From NCBI GenBank assembly GCA_027923505.1, contig BROI01000011.1, positions 310,001 to 374,000 on the forward strand: a stretch of 64,000 nt of DNA, given 5' to 3'. The position numbers were made by a program, and so were the translations under genes. Shown here piece by piece: positions 46,159-57,462 of the stretch. Source of the DNA: Mayamaea pseudoterrestris. Its lineage: Eukaryota. Within the stretch, counting starts at the first letter, position 1, and every line of letters starts with the position of its first letter. The notes beneath the pieces are model-generated. The model saw nothing but the letters and a program-made list of their open reading frames with translations. It did no database searches and was not told the DNA's origin.

Positions 46159-47649
46159 ATGACGACCATGTCCCAACAGTCTCTCTCTCAATCGTCATCA
46201 CTCACCATGAATCACGTATGGCGGAAATCCGTTACAGCAACGACATACTCGGTCGTGGCAGTTGGAATAGTCTTGACAGTGACGCCATTGGTCTTGGCCG
46301 GAGTGGCCACGGCGAGGCGAGCCGTCATGCAAGCCAAGAGACGACGACGACGAAGGCAAACACCAGATCGACTGCTACTAGCAGCAGCAAGCGAAGATGC
46401 TATTACGAAGCTAGACAATAACGACGACAGTAAAAGCAACAATGAAGCTATCACGTCGACTACTACATTTGGATACAGCGGATTGTACGCTGGCCGCGTG
46501 TGGCACGCTCGCGTTCGTCCAGCCAAGCACTCGTTTTCCTATCCCATGCTCATGTTTGCGCTCGACTTGGAGGAGCTAGACGTAGTATTGGATCGTCTTT
46601 GGCCTCTGGCTCCAGTTTGCATGCGTTGGAAGGAGGAGAATCACTTGAAGAATGGGGAAGGAATGCTGGAGCAAATCGATGCTGATGCGGATGCTGCACC
46701 AGTGGACAATACCATATTCGCTCGCGTCTTGCGCCTCGTCGCCCAGCGCACAGACAACACTTTTGTTCCCACGCGTGAAACACATCGCGTCGTGCTACTG
46801 ACCAACCTATGTTACTTTGGCTACGGTTTCAACCCCGTCTCCTTTTACTACGTCATGAGCAAGCGGACGCAATCGCTGGACGCTGTCGTTGCCGAAGTTT
46901 CCAACACGCCGTGGCTGGAGATGCAGTGCTACGTGCTGCATCCGGCGTCTGTGGATAATGTCAAGGTGATGGAGGAAGCAGTGACGGCGACGAGTGTTTC
47001 GTTGGGAGCCGAAATTGGCCTTGACAATGACGAAACAAAAGTCAATGCAACGACTCGAAGTAGCGTCATTCGCTACCTCTTTCCCAAAACCTTTCACGTC
47101 AGTCCATTCATGGAGATGCAGTATTGGTATGACTGGACATTTTCGCAGCCGTCGCAGGGAGTGAATGCAAGTAACGACGCATCTGCTGTTGCCACTGGTA
47201 GCCTGAAGAAGATTCAAATTACAACGGCAATGCGAGTCAAACAGCCGGATGTTGAGACTGGTACAAAGACTGCTGCCAACGCGACTTTGGACGACGAACA
47301 TGACGAGAACGCCGCAGCAACGATTGGTCCGCTCCATTTCACTGCGAACTTGCGCCTGACGCAACGCTGCTCGCTGTCACGCGACGCATCCTGCTACACA
47401 CCTCTCACCGTCATTGCTCCGACGCTAATGACGCTTCCCATCTTTGGAATACTGACCCAAGTCTGGATCCACTACCAGGCCGCCTTGCTGTATTTTTGGA
47501 AGCAAGTGCCCTTTGTCCCGCATCCAAACGAGAGTGGCGACGGTGAAACCAATGGGGCAACGCGAGCGATTGCTGCCATGGTCGAAGCAATGGATCTAAT
47601 GGCAAATGCGTGGCAGCGAGTAACCACAAACTTTGCGATGCAAAAGTAA
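46159..47649 (+). CDS. DUF1365-family protein
   Basis: GRVWHARVRPAKHSFSY, GYGFNPVSFYY, AEVSNTPW, KTFHVSPFM, WIHYQA..L..K; N-terminal TM segment. Confidence 0.88.
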   Translation: MTTMSQQSLSQSSSLTMNHVWRKSVTATTYSVVAVGIVLTVTPLVLAGVATARRAVMQAKRRRRRRQTPDRLLLAAASEDAITKLDNNDDSKSNNEAITSTTTFGYSGLYAGRVWHARVRPAKHSFSYPMLMFALDLEELDVVLDRLWPLAPVCMRWKEENHLKNGEGMLEQIDADADAAPVDNTIFARVLRLVAQRTDNTFVPTRETHRVVLLTNLCYFGYGFNPVSFYYVMSKRTQSLDAVVAEVSNTPWLEMQCYVLHPASVDNVKVMEEAVTATSVSLGAEIGLDNDETKVNATTRSSVIRYLFPKTFHVSPFMEMQYWYDWTFSQPSQGVNASNDASAVATGSLKKIQITTAMRVKQPDVETGTKTAANATLDDEHDENAAATIGPLHFTANLRLTQRCSLSRDASCYTPLTVIAPTLMTLPIFGILTQVWIHYQAALLYFWKQVPFVPHPNESGDGETNGATRAIAAMVEAMDLMANAWQRVTTNFAMQK

Positions 47650-48780
47650 ATTTTTAATAGAGTGTTAATACTGTGCGGAACCTGGGTCTCATTATGAGCC
47701 GCGACGCTATCCGTGCAGTTTCGTTTCGGCTCCAAAACCCGGAGCTGTGATTGAAAATAGCGACCTCGCTCCGTCCCCACGAGAGACGGATGCGGATGCT
47801 GGGAGATCGACGCTGCGGCTACACGACCAAGCAGGCGATTGACTATAGTAATAGGACAAGAAAACGTTGTACTTGATGGTCTATATATAGAATTTAGTGC
47901 TTTAACATGTAGAAAAAGTGCCATGCAAAAGTCAGTCGCAGCATGCACGCACGCAAGTTTGCGTCATGACTCAAGGCAAGCTCCCTCCCCCCACTCTACT
48001 TAATGCGGATGAAACTTTCTCACAAAGTAGAATTGAGGAGGTACAAATGAAGTCGATCGTTTGGAAGATTGCTTTGGTGCATCATCAGGTTTCAAATATC
48101 CTTGGCGATGCGACGAGAGCTCCTTTTGGCGCTGCCATTGCTGGCGCTCCTTCATCTCGCGCTTTTCTCTGATTAATCCACAGGCTCCGTGCATGATGAT
48201 TGATATTGGTTTTCTCGCTTTGGTTCAACTCAATATAGTAGACGACTGTCAAACGAGCCAGTTTGGTTTTTGTGACAAGCGCAATCGTCGATCCTCCATC
48301 GACGCTTGTGGGTTCGCGAGTGTCAAGCTGGGTGTTTCGTGTCCGATCGAAAGTACGACTCCCATTGCGTTCGCGTGAACACTTTGCAGGCGTGCACGAG
48401 CCATTGTGACGTCATTTAAAAACGAAGAAGAGTGACGCAGGATGCGACGGTGCACTTGCGTGTGGGGTCATCCGATAGCTAGCACGTTCGTCAAGCAAAA
48501 TGCGCCGGGATTAGCAGAGCTTTGCAAAAAGTAACTGTCAAGGCTATGATTGTATTATTATACCAAACGAATGGCTTGAGGTAAATGTTATTTCGTTTCA
48601 TATTTGGAGCTTGTGGTATGTCTGTCGCGAGCCAGGAAGAGTCGTGTAGCTAACGCTGCGATGCCCTAACCTTTGATTCAATGTAGTATTCAGTTCTATA
48701 TGCCATTTAGCTCGCGATTAAGTGTCACAACTGGGATATGTAGTCATAACTTACAGGAAGGCAGCGCGATTCACACAAAT

Positions 48781-49632
48781 CTACCGCTTTTTTGGCTTGG
48801 TCTTTGACGCTGCCAGAGGATTCGTCGCCTTGATCTTGAGGCCCGGCACTGACATGGTGACACCGCCAGCGGAATCCTTCTTAACGTACCACTTGCTAAA
48901 GACGCGCTTCGTCATTTCCATGGTGCGATCCTGATGAATCTGAAAGCCAGCCAATGCACCTACCATGCCGCCAACCAAATGCGCATGATGCGACACCGTG
49001 TCACCTGAAAAAAAGAATCGCCACAACTCATCACCAATATACATGACAAACGTAATGACGAAACTCATGGGAATCTTCCCGGCCGATGCCGCCACCAGAG
49101 AATTGAGCAGAATGCAGGCAAACACCACGCCCGACGCTCCCAGTTGGTGCGAGTAGGTGCGGCCCACGAAAATGTGCGCCAGCGCCGAGCTGATTGCCAC
49201 AACGACTATGATCTTAATCAGATTCTTGGATCCAAACTCGTGCTCCACGGAAGGTCCAACGAGTAATAAATTCATCATGTTGCCTCGCAAGTGATTGTAG
49301 TCCGAGTGAGCCAAGACATGAGTGAACAAGGAAGTGATTTGCAAGAGCGATAGTCGCCAAACGTCGTAGACGCCAAGCAGCCTCCCAATACGGTCAATCC
49401 CAAATATGACTTGAACGAAGTAAATGATGCAGCAGGTGAAGCAAAAGCCAAGCATGACGGGTGCGTCGACTAGCACGTGACGAAGCAAATGGTTTGCCAC
49501 AAAATTTCCAGGAGCACCAAGCGACTCGACCCAGTCACAAAACTCGTCCCATGGTCTACTCCAATCAATGATCTCCTCAATAATGGCAGGGTTCTTGGCT
49601 AGGTTGAGTTGCACCATGCTGTTAAATGACAA
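48781..49632 (-). CDS. Rhomboid-family intramembrane serine protease
   Basis: HVLAH...HLRGNM, catalytic GASG and AHLVG; about six TM helices. Confidence 0.9.
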   Translation of the reverse strand: MSFNSMVQLNLAKNPAIIEEIIDWSRPWDEFCDWVESLGAPGNFVANHLLRHVLVDAPVMLGFCFTCCIIYFVQVIFGIDRIGRLLGVYDVWRLSLLQITSLFTHVLAHSDYNHLRGNMMNLLLVGPSVEHEFGSKNLIKIIVVVAISSALAHIFVGRTYSHQLGASGVVFACILLNSLVAASAGKIPMSFVITFVMYIGDELWRFFFSGDTVSHHAHLVGGMVGALAGFQIHQDRTMEMTKRVFSKWYVKKDSAGGVTMSVPGLKIKATNPLAASKTKPKKR

Positions 49633-49870
49633 TGGATGTGCTTGTAAAAGGCTTCGATTGTGATGCTATGATGCAAAATCTCGGGTCGAGTCATCCGGTC
49701 ATTCATGCATCTTGAAAACTGAATGCACGACTGACGCTTTCGCCGCCGCGACATTGTATCGCTCCGGCACTCAACTTCCGTCACGCTCGACCATGGCCTC
49801 GCAAACGAAAACGACCACTTGTTGTATGAACATATGAACTTATGAGATAATTGATAAAGTCAAAAAACTT

Positions 49871-52800
49871 ATGAGTTCATGTCAGTGCTTTAAAGACATT
49901 GAGCAAGTAGCAAAGGCTCTTGAAAACACAGAAGATACTCGTCGTCTGATCGACTGGTTGGCAGGCAACGATGATGCCGACGGTGATGCAAACAGTCCCT
50001 CATCATGCCAATGCACATCGCGGCGAAACACGTCACTCTTGATCTTGAACGCAGTGAGAGATGCATGTCGGCCGTTCTTGGAGTCAAGCGCTCCAGCTGT
50101 AACGAAGCAGCATGCATCTTTGACTACTGCATCATCAGCACCAGTCGCAGTCGTCACAGCTCCAACCAAAAAGTCGTATACCGACGAGTTTCCTCCACTA
50201 GGTTTGACTACACCTGGAAAGAAGCAAAGCAAGACGGAGCCAATTCAAATAATTAGAAAAAGTAAAGGAATGCAAAAGAAGCGAGTTCGTCCCCAAATGA
50301 TTCAGTCAACGCTAACTGCACCAAGTGCCACCATGCCCCGACGAGGCAATCTGGTTGACGTCGAGTCGTCCTCCGAGCCTCTCTTGCCATCCCGGTCAAG
50401 TACGACACCGACCAAAATTTCCAGTAGACAATCACCCGCAGTAATCGCCAGCGTCACGACTCCTCCGCCAAAGTCTAGCCAAAGTGGAGATCCACCTTTA
50501 CAGAAGACTTTACCACCACCATCATCACCGTCTGCGTGCACGACGGAATCAACGAAAGATTTGGAAGAAAATCAACAACTCGCCAATTTGATTGACGTGT
50601 ACATTTCACTACTCAAGAACTGTCTTGTTCCCTCAACGTTTCGGGAGCTTTACCTGTTGATTTCGGCGCTCAACGCATCCACATCACCAAGCCAACCACC
50701 ACCATTGCCCGCATCGGCACTTTCCAGTATTCTCTCATCGCCGACGCGATGCAGCTACTTTGGCGCGCAGTCACTCTCCAAGCTTGCGTTTGTCATGAAA
50801 GGCATTGGTCCATTGCTGTTGCAGCATTTGGTTCAGAGCTCGGCCTTTCGACTCCAGCTCCCACAACTGACTGCCGAATTTGAAACCATGTTGAGCCAAA
50901 GAAGCGATAAAAGCATTTTACTAGAAATTGCTCCCATGCATCAAACTGCCTTGTTCAGTCTACCGTTTGACGAACAGACAGACTCGCGACACAATTTCAA
51001 GACAACCATGCAACAAGCAGCCTATAAGAATCGCGAAGAAACCCGCGACAGGTTCCTGTATAATTTACGCGCCTTTTTGAGCGTTCGAAACAAGGAGTTC
51101 GACAACAAGCTTGTGGACGCGGCGCGGGAACGAGTCAAGGCGGAAGCTCGAACCACCATTGATCTCTTGCTGGACTCGAATCTCGACTGGTTTTGCAACT
51201 TCTTTTGTCAGTTTCTGCTGCAAATTGGACTTGTGCCGTTGGAAGAATCAGATCAAGATATTCAAAATTTGACATCCCAAGCCAAGCTATCCAAGCTGCA
51301 CCAGCGCTTCTCGGACGCCAAACACCAAGGCCGCAGCGTTGGGCACAAGGTGTTTCGCGTGGAAGCAACACCAAAGCGACCTTCGTCGACGCCAGAGGAG
51401 GAAGCGCGCCTGTGCTTTCCCGGTCATCAGGAATTCTTCTTCATGTTTATTCAGTATGCGGATTCGTACAAGATTGGAAGGAGGCTGCTTGGCATGCTAG
51501 TGGAGCGTGTGAAGGAACATTATGAGCGACTTGCCGTACCAAGCGATGTCAATCTGCGCCGCAGCATTGACGAACTAAAGCTGCTGGCAAAATTCACTGG
51601 ACTGCTCGCGTTCTCGCCCAATTGGGGCACTGACTCATCATCACCATCAACCGACGGCATCATACAGCTATATAGTGTTGGGCTGCGCCTAGAAGAAATC
51701 ATTCAACACGCCACTAAGGACGGCCGTATTGTGGTGACTGTGCCGTGGCTCGTGGAGTGTATACTTATGGCGAAATGGGATGAGACAATACTGAACTCTT
51801 CTAAATTCATTCGAATATTGGCATTGTTGCAGCGTCTACAGCGCCGCTTGTGGCGTGTGGACTCGGAAACGCCTTGCACTAAGGTGTTTGTCGCCACTTG
51901 TGTTGAGCAACTGGTTAGCGACCTTTCTTTGGATTCGCATTTGCGTTTATCGAATGATGAATCAGGATTTGACATGATCCAGTGCGATAATCCAGCATGT
52001 TGGGATCGGACTGAACACTCAGAGCTCCTTGCGGGCAGCAAAGACATCGAAGAGCTTCTTGCTTTTGTGTCCAGAATTAATCCCACGAGCTTTTCGCCTT
52101 TGAAAAGCCCGGGCGCATCTAGAAAAGTCAGGCCTTCAAGGATAAGCCAACCATCGAGTGGTGCAAAGTCCAACTCGGCGGATGATTTTGCGGTGGCATC
52201 CGCTGATTCCATCCAGAAGAAACTTGTCGAGGCATTCTTCCATAAGCATCACGACATGAAACCGGTTTGCGAGCTTCTGCAGAAGCAAATTTTGGCGGAT
52301 TCATTGCGAAACATAAGTCGCGACTGCATCCGTCCCTCCATGGTGGAGCATGACTTGGGGGTTGAAGACCAATCGACGCTGGTTGACAACCTTCGAAGTG
52401 CTTGTCAAGCACACATCCGTACTAACATGACTGACAGAGCTACTAATATATTCCGTTTGCTTCTCCCGGCAAAGGATGAAACCGTTGTCCGCATCGCTGT
52501 ATCCTTGCTTGTTGACCGTTGCGCGGAATGCCTGGCACCAAAGCTTGACGCAATCATCGTGAACGAGCTGGAGCAAGCGCAAACTTCATCGAAGCAGCTC
52601 TTTCCAACTCAGTCGGTTTCAAATGACAACGATCGTTCATTACACTGGAGGCAAGCTACCAATGCGATTGTTCAAATCACTGAACATTGCGCTGTTCTGA
52701 ATGACAAAACTGAGAATATTGACAAGCTGACACAGCTGCTCAGCACTGCTATTGACGCGCTTGAAGCGTTATCCAAACTTATGAAGTCCGTACCGTCAGA

Positions 52801-53272
52801 TGTTGAGTTGCGGCCGTTCTTTGAATCAATCTTAAATCTTGATTATTACTTCTCAACGAATCTTGTTCATTGGTGCTTTGAGGCAAACGTCAATGTCACC
52901 CATCGGTGGAAACTTTTCTCGCACTTTATGGAATTGGCGGTAGCTATCAACATGTATTCGCAGCGCGGACTCTGGTCACTAACTGAGTTCTTGAATTGCA
53001 GCGAGCAAATGGTTACAACTATTAGCCTTGGGCTATCGGCCGAGGAAGAACTGGAAAAGATAGCCAGTCTGCTGTGTATCTTGGTCCAGGCAAGGATAGT
53101 CAAAGTATCAGTCATTGAAAATGCTCTACTGAAGCTTGTACACGACCACACACAAGGTGATGCATTGGTGAAGACATTCATGTCGATGGACACCAAGCAA
53201 CGACCGGGTGGTGCGGTTGTCGATAAGCTTTTTGCTGCGCTTGATTCTCAATTTTCCGCGCTCAAGGAGTGA
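49871..53272 (+). CDS. CDAN1: Codanin-1-like protein
   Basis: 1133-aa helical protein with recalled codanin-type blocks (DEFPPLG, NREETRDRF, LLAKFTGLL, VTVPWLVE, LVEAFFHKH). Confidence 0.7.
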   Translation: MSSCQCFKDIEQVAKALENTEDTRRLIDWLAGNDDADGDANSPSSCQCTSRRNTSLLILNAVRDACRPFLESSAPAVTKQHASLTTASSAPVAVVTAPTKKSYTDEFPPLGLTTPGKKQSKTEPIQIIRKSKGMQKKRVRPQMIQSTLTAPSATMPRRGNLVDVESSSEPLLPSRSSTTPTKISSRQSPAVIASVTTPPPKSSQSGDPPLQKTLPPPSSPSACTTESTKDLEENQQLANLIDVYISLLKNCLVPSTFRELYLLISALNASTSPSQPPPLPASALSSILSSPTRCSYFGAQSLSKLAFVMKGIGPLLLQHLVQSSAFRLQLPQLTAEFETMLSQRSDKSILLEIAPMHQTALFSLPFDEQTDSRHNFKTTMQQAAYKNREETRDRFLYNLRAFLSVRNKEFDNKLVDAARERVKAEARTTIDLLLDSNLDWFCNFFCQFLLQIGLVPLEESDQDIQNLTSQAKLSKLHQRFSDAKHQGRSVGHKVFRVEATPKRPSSTPEEEARLCFPGHQEFFFMFIQYADSYKIGRRLLGMLVERVKEHYERLAVPSDVNLRRSIDELKLLAKFTGLLAFSPNWGTDSSSPSTDGIIQLYSVGLRLEEIIQHATKDGRIVVTVPWLVECILMAKWDETILNSSKFIRILALLQRLQRRLWRVDSETPCTKVFVATCVEQLVSDLSLDSHLRLSNDESGFDMIQCDNPACWDRTEHSELLAGSKDIEELLAFVSRINPTSFSPLKSPGASRKVRPSRISQPSSGAKSNSADDFAVASADSIQKKLVEAFFHKHHDMKPVCELLQKQILADSLRNISRDCIRPSMVEHDLGVEDQSTLVDNLRSACQAHIRTNMTDRATNIFRLLLPAKDETVVRIAVSLLVDRCAECLAPKLDAIIVNELEQAQTSSKQLFPTQSVSNDNDRSLHWRQATNAIVQITEHCAVLNDKTENIDKLTQLLSTAIDALEALSKLMKSVPSDVELRPFFESILNLDYYFSTNLVHWCFEANVNVTHRWKLFSHFMELAVAINMYSQRGLWSLTEFLNCSEQMVTTISLGLSAEEELEKIASLLCILVQARIVKVSVIENALLKLVHDHTQGDALVKTFMSMDTKQRPGGAVVDKLFAALDSQFSALKE

Positions 53273-53413
53273 AGCGAAGATCGTTAGCACCTATTCTGCG
53301 AGCGACGAGACCTTGCACAAAAGCGACGGCCGACATCGGTTTAAAATAAAAACTGTACAAGAAATGATTCATATTCAATATTAAAATTAACTTTCTTTTG
53401 CCACCAACCCTCA

Positions 53414-54445
53414 TTATGACTCATGTTTCTTTCGTAGCGGCTTCAACACACCGCTCTTGGAGTCGCGTCGACCATGCTTGTGTCCAGTTGACGTGCGTGT
53501 ATCGCCAACGACTTCCACCACGTCATCGTCGTCACTTTCGATATGAATCGGCGTCGTCATGCGACGGAGACTACGACGATCGCCACTTCCATGCTCCAGT
53601 TGCTGTCGACTACTGTCTCCATCATTCAGCACTTGGCGCGTGACACTTCCATCCGGCTGGCGTACAATGCGCTCCGTGACGGTTTCCTCGCGTCCATTGA
53701 CCACCTTTCTCGTCGTTTGCGTCGTCACCGACTCACCGCGGGGTCCGGTGGTATTGGTGGTGGTGGACGACGAAATGGAGACGGACGACGTGAATCCGGG
53801 ATTGCCGCTGTTATTACGATTGTTCATGCCACCGCCACCACCCATGTTTCCAAACGGATCCATCATCATCATGTTTCCAAACATGCTTCCACCTCGATTC
53901 CCAAACGGATCCATCATGCTGGCGCCGCCGCCGCCGCGACTGAAAAATGGATCCGCGCCAAACGGATCCATCATACCGCCGCCAAAGAATGGATCCCCAA
54001 ACATGCCTCCAGGTCGTCTAGCATTATTACTATTGCGTCTACCACCAAACTCTTCTCCAAAGACTTGCTCAAAGATGGAGAATGGATCATGAAAGGAATG
54101 GCGCTGGAAAAAGCTGGACGCGGCGAATGGATCATGCTGCGACTGCCAGTTTCCACCAGTCGATGATTGCTGCGGCGCATGAAACGGATCATGACCAAAC
54201 GGCATGTTGTTTCCACCACGACTCGCCGACACATCATATTCCCGCCGCTGCTGCTCGTCGCTCAGCACTTCGTAGGCGTTGGAAATGCGCGTAAAGATCA
54301 CACTGGCTTGCGCCTGCTGCGAAGGTTCCGATATACGATCCGGGTGGTGCAAAAGCGCCAGCTTGCGGTAGGCCGTTTTGATTTCGGCGAGTGTCGCGTT
54401 GCGGGAGACTCCCAGTATCTGGTAGGGATCGTCCGAATCGTTCAT
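53414..54445 (-). CDS. DnaJ/Hsp40 class B co-chaperone (DNAJB6-like)
   Basis: J domain with HPD motif, G/F/M-rich region and S/T-rich C-terminal TTRKVVNG segment. Confidence 0.92.
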   Translation of the reverse strand: MNDSDDPYQILGVSRNATLAEIKTAYRKLALLHHPDRISEPSQQAQASVIFTRISNAYEVLSDEQQRREYDVSASRGGNNMPFGHDPFHAPQQSSTGGNWQSQHDPFAASSFFQRHSFHDPFSIFEQVFGEEFGGRRNSNNARRPGGMFGDPFFGGGMMDPFGADPFFSRGGGGASMMDPFGNRGGSMFGNMMMMDPFGNMGGGGGMNNRNNSGNPGFTSSVSISSSTTTNTTGPRGESVTTQTTRKVVNGREETVTERIVRQPDGSVTRQVLNDGDSSRQQLEHGSGDRRSLRRMTTPIHIESDDDDVVEVVGDTRTSTGHKHGRRDSKSGVLKPLRKKHES

Positions 54446-55225
54446 GATTAAATAGTTTGGAGAGGAGTTGATTGCGAAAAAGGCCTTTTCTGGAACGTTT
54501 CAAAACCAATGGAGTTGGAGGGAAAGGATTTGACTCAATCTTTCCGTGGCTTCCTCGCACAGTATTAAACGTTAGCTAGCAATATCAGCGTCGCACTAAA
54601 CAATGCGTTAGTCCATGTATATATTGTGTCGCCTTGCAAGACGAGAGATGCAAGTAAAACACCCAAGACCACAACAATTGAATTGGATACCTTTCGTCGT
54701 TCGTTCGCAACGCGATTCCCACGTGGCGCTGGGAATGAGTCACGAAACGACAAATTCTTGGCCCGGGCAATTAGTCGTGGTACGACACATAGACTCGTGG
54801 CGCGACGGCGCGGCGGCGGAGTCACGGTACGATAGAAAGTGACGACGCTAGCGAAGTGACTCACTATAAACGAAAGAGTACAATCATCGTGAAAAGCAGC
54901 TGACTTGAACGATGAACGTCTGACTCGGTTCCCGCCACACGTATGCGCGCGCTGTCACCATGATCAAGCACACCTTGTTCTTCTTGCTACAAGCAGCCCT
55001 TCTGACTCGTTCATTCGCCGTACCTCTCTTCCGCATACAACAAGTGCAACTATTATAAAACAGAACTGCTCAGCGCGAGACGAATAAAATTGACAAACAA
55101 CGCACTCCCCATTGACCGAGACCTTTTTGCCTGGATTCCTTTGCTGCTGCCGACAAACAAGGACAAACCTTACGACGAGCAACATGACGGCATTCACATC
55201 AACCATTTCCAGTCAAACCTACAGA

Positions 55226-56914
55226 ATGGACTGTTTCAATCGATCACTGACATTGCGATGGACGTTTCTTTCGCTTCTGCTTCTATGTTCAGCATCAGCA
55301 TTCGCCTTTGCTCCGCACGATCGAACTCGAGTTACTCCGCAGAATGCCAACTCCTTTCACATACACCAGCTATCCGCCACGCCCATGGAACGAACCGTCA
55401 ATGGCAATATCAACAAGAGTATAGACAAGAATGCGAACAAGAAGGAAGCTGCCGCATACCACCAGCATACTCCCATTGTCGTGTCACCGCAAGCCGAGGC
55501 CCTGAGTCACTCCAAAACCACCATGAAGCTAACGCCCAGCTACGAACTCTTTCAGCTACTGAGTGAGGAGGAGGGAGGAAGGTTGCCCCGGAAAACGAGC
55601 GGCAACGCGCTGCGCGAATCCAGTGTCATACACAGTGACAAGATTGATTCACTTTGCAACGTGCAACTCGTCGATTTCAAAGGCTTGGCCGGCACTCGCC
55701 ACATTGAAGAATTACCGGATCCATTCAAAATGGTCGAGCAGGAGCTGCAGCCGTTTGCGGATTCCATCAAGGAGCTCGTCAGTTCGGATCAACCGATTCT
55801 GAGCATGGCGGCCAAGCACTTTTTCGAAAAGCGGCACGGCAAGCGGTTTCGGCCCACCATTGTGCAGCTGCTGGCCAAGGCAGTCGCGGAAGCGACACCA
55901 GAGAAACAACAAAGGAGTAGTACAACTAGTACTAATAGTGAACATGTGAAGCATTCCGTCGATGCGAACGACAGTCACGCCAGCAGAAGCACCAGCATGC
56001 ACAGCGTTAGCGACGAAACACTCGAACACATGTCAAGAGCCGGCGGCGCCGCCGCCTGGCAGTGGAGCGGCGCGAGCCAGATTGACGGCGACGGCGTCGT
56101 GACGCCGCAGAACCACCAAGGCTCGGACGTTTGGCGCAAGCAGGCGCAGCTGGGTCAAATTGTCGAAATGATTCACGTGGCGTCGCTCATTCACGACGAT
56201 GTGTTGGACGAAGCCTCCACCCGCCGCGGCGGCCAAGCCGTGCACAAGCTTTACTCCAATAAAGTGGCTGTACTGGCGGGTGACTACTTGCTGGCGCGCG
56301 CGTCGGTGCTACTGGCGCGGCTGGAGAATACGGCCGTGGTGCAAATCATGGCCACGGCGCTCGAGTCGCTCGTGGCGGGGGAAATCATGCAGCTCAAGAG
56401 TGTTCCGGAGAGTTTGCTGGAGATGGAAACGTACTTGCGCAAGTCGTACTACAAGACGGCGTCGCTCATTTGCTACGCGTGTCGGTCGACGGCGCTGCTG
56501 GGGGGACATGCGTACGAGAGTACAGTGGCGACGGCGTGTGAAGAGTTTGGCTTTCACTTGGGACTGGCGTATCAGATTCAGGACGATATTTTGGATTTCA
56601 CGGCGGCAGCGACGGTGCTTGGCAAGCCAGCGCTGGCGGACATGGACCTTGGATTGAGTACGGCGCCCATTCTATACGCGGCTCAAGAGTTTCCGAAGCT
56701 GCGGCCAATGATTATGCGACGATTCAAAAACAAGGGTGACAAGCAAGCCGCACTCGAAGCGCTATACAAGAGCAAGACGGCCATGGACAAGGCCAAGGCA
56801 CTTGCTATTTTCCATGCACAAAAGGCAGTCGATGCGGTCCTGCGACTGCCGCAGTCACAGTCGCGCGATGCGCTCATCAGATTGACGCATGCCGTGATTA
56901 CAAGAAAAAAGTAA
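55226..56914 (+). CDS. SPS: Plastid-targeted trans-long-chain prenyl (solanesyl) diphosphate synthase
   Basis: GKRFRP, EMIHVASLIHDDVLD...RRG, YYKTASL, YQIQDDILD; signal peptide ending SASA-FAFAP (ASAFAP-type) from ATG 55226. Confidence 0.9.
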   Translation: MDCFNRSLTLRWTFLSLLLLCSASAFAFAPHDRTRVTPQNANSFHIHQLSATPMERTVNGNINKSIDKNANKKEAAAYHQHTPIVVSPQAEALSHSKTTMKLTPSYELFQLLSEEEGGRLPRKTSGNALRESSVIHSDKIDSLCNVQLVDFKGLAGTRHIEELPDPFKMVEQELQPFADSIKELVSSDQPILSMAAKHFFEKRHGKRFRPTIVQLLAKAVAEATPEKQQRSSTTSTNSEHVKHSVDANDSHASRSTSMHSVSDETLEHMSRAGGAAAWQWSGASQIDGDGVVTPQNHQGSDVWRKQAQLGQIVEMIHVASLIHDDVLDEASTRRGGQAVHKLYSNKVAVLAGDYLLARASVLLARLENTAVVQIMATALESLVAGEIMQLKSVPESLLEMETYLRKSYYKTASLICYACRSTALLGGHAYESTVATACEEFGFHLGLAYQIQDDILDFTAAATVLGKPALADMDLGLSTAPILYAAQEFPKLRPMIMRRFKNKGDKQAALEALYKSKTAMDKAKALAIFHAQKAVDAVLRLPQSQSRDALIRLTHAVITRKK

Positions 56915-57462
56915 TTTCGAACAGTCCCAAGGACAGCTGAAACACTTGCCTGCTCGAGCCACGAATGTCGTGGCAGATTGAGCTTTCTCATCGCACACAC
57001 CAAGTCAATAAAATAGTTGGATGTAAATGCAACATAGATACTTCACTCTGTATTCTCCATATTCTCAGAACCTATGTTGAAGTGCTCCTAGCCTTATAAA
57101 GCGTAGCGGTACATGTAGTGCCGATCCACTTTCGGTTCACCAAACCGTAGCCGCCACATTGACAACTGCTCCTGATAAATTCTTTACTACTGCAATCTTG
57201 TCGACATGTTTCCTAGCGAATCAATATCGATAATGCAAAGGGTCTTGCGGATAAATAACGTAGCATGCCTTAACGGAGCCTATGTCTTCCTCGGCCGACG
57301 CCATGCGCCGGCAGAGAACACAGCACTACACAAACACAAAATATAGTAAACGAGCTTACAGTTACCTTCATATTTGCTACGGTCGTTACGGTACCATATG
57401 TTTTGTCTTTTGCGTCACATCACTTTTTTCTCAATCAACCATCCAATACCCTCTCTTACAAT

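Noticed and set aside
48000..48455. Short minus-strand ORFs between DUF1365 and rhomboid
   Set aside because: Under 70 aa, no motifs and no clear splice join.
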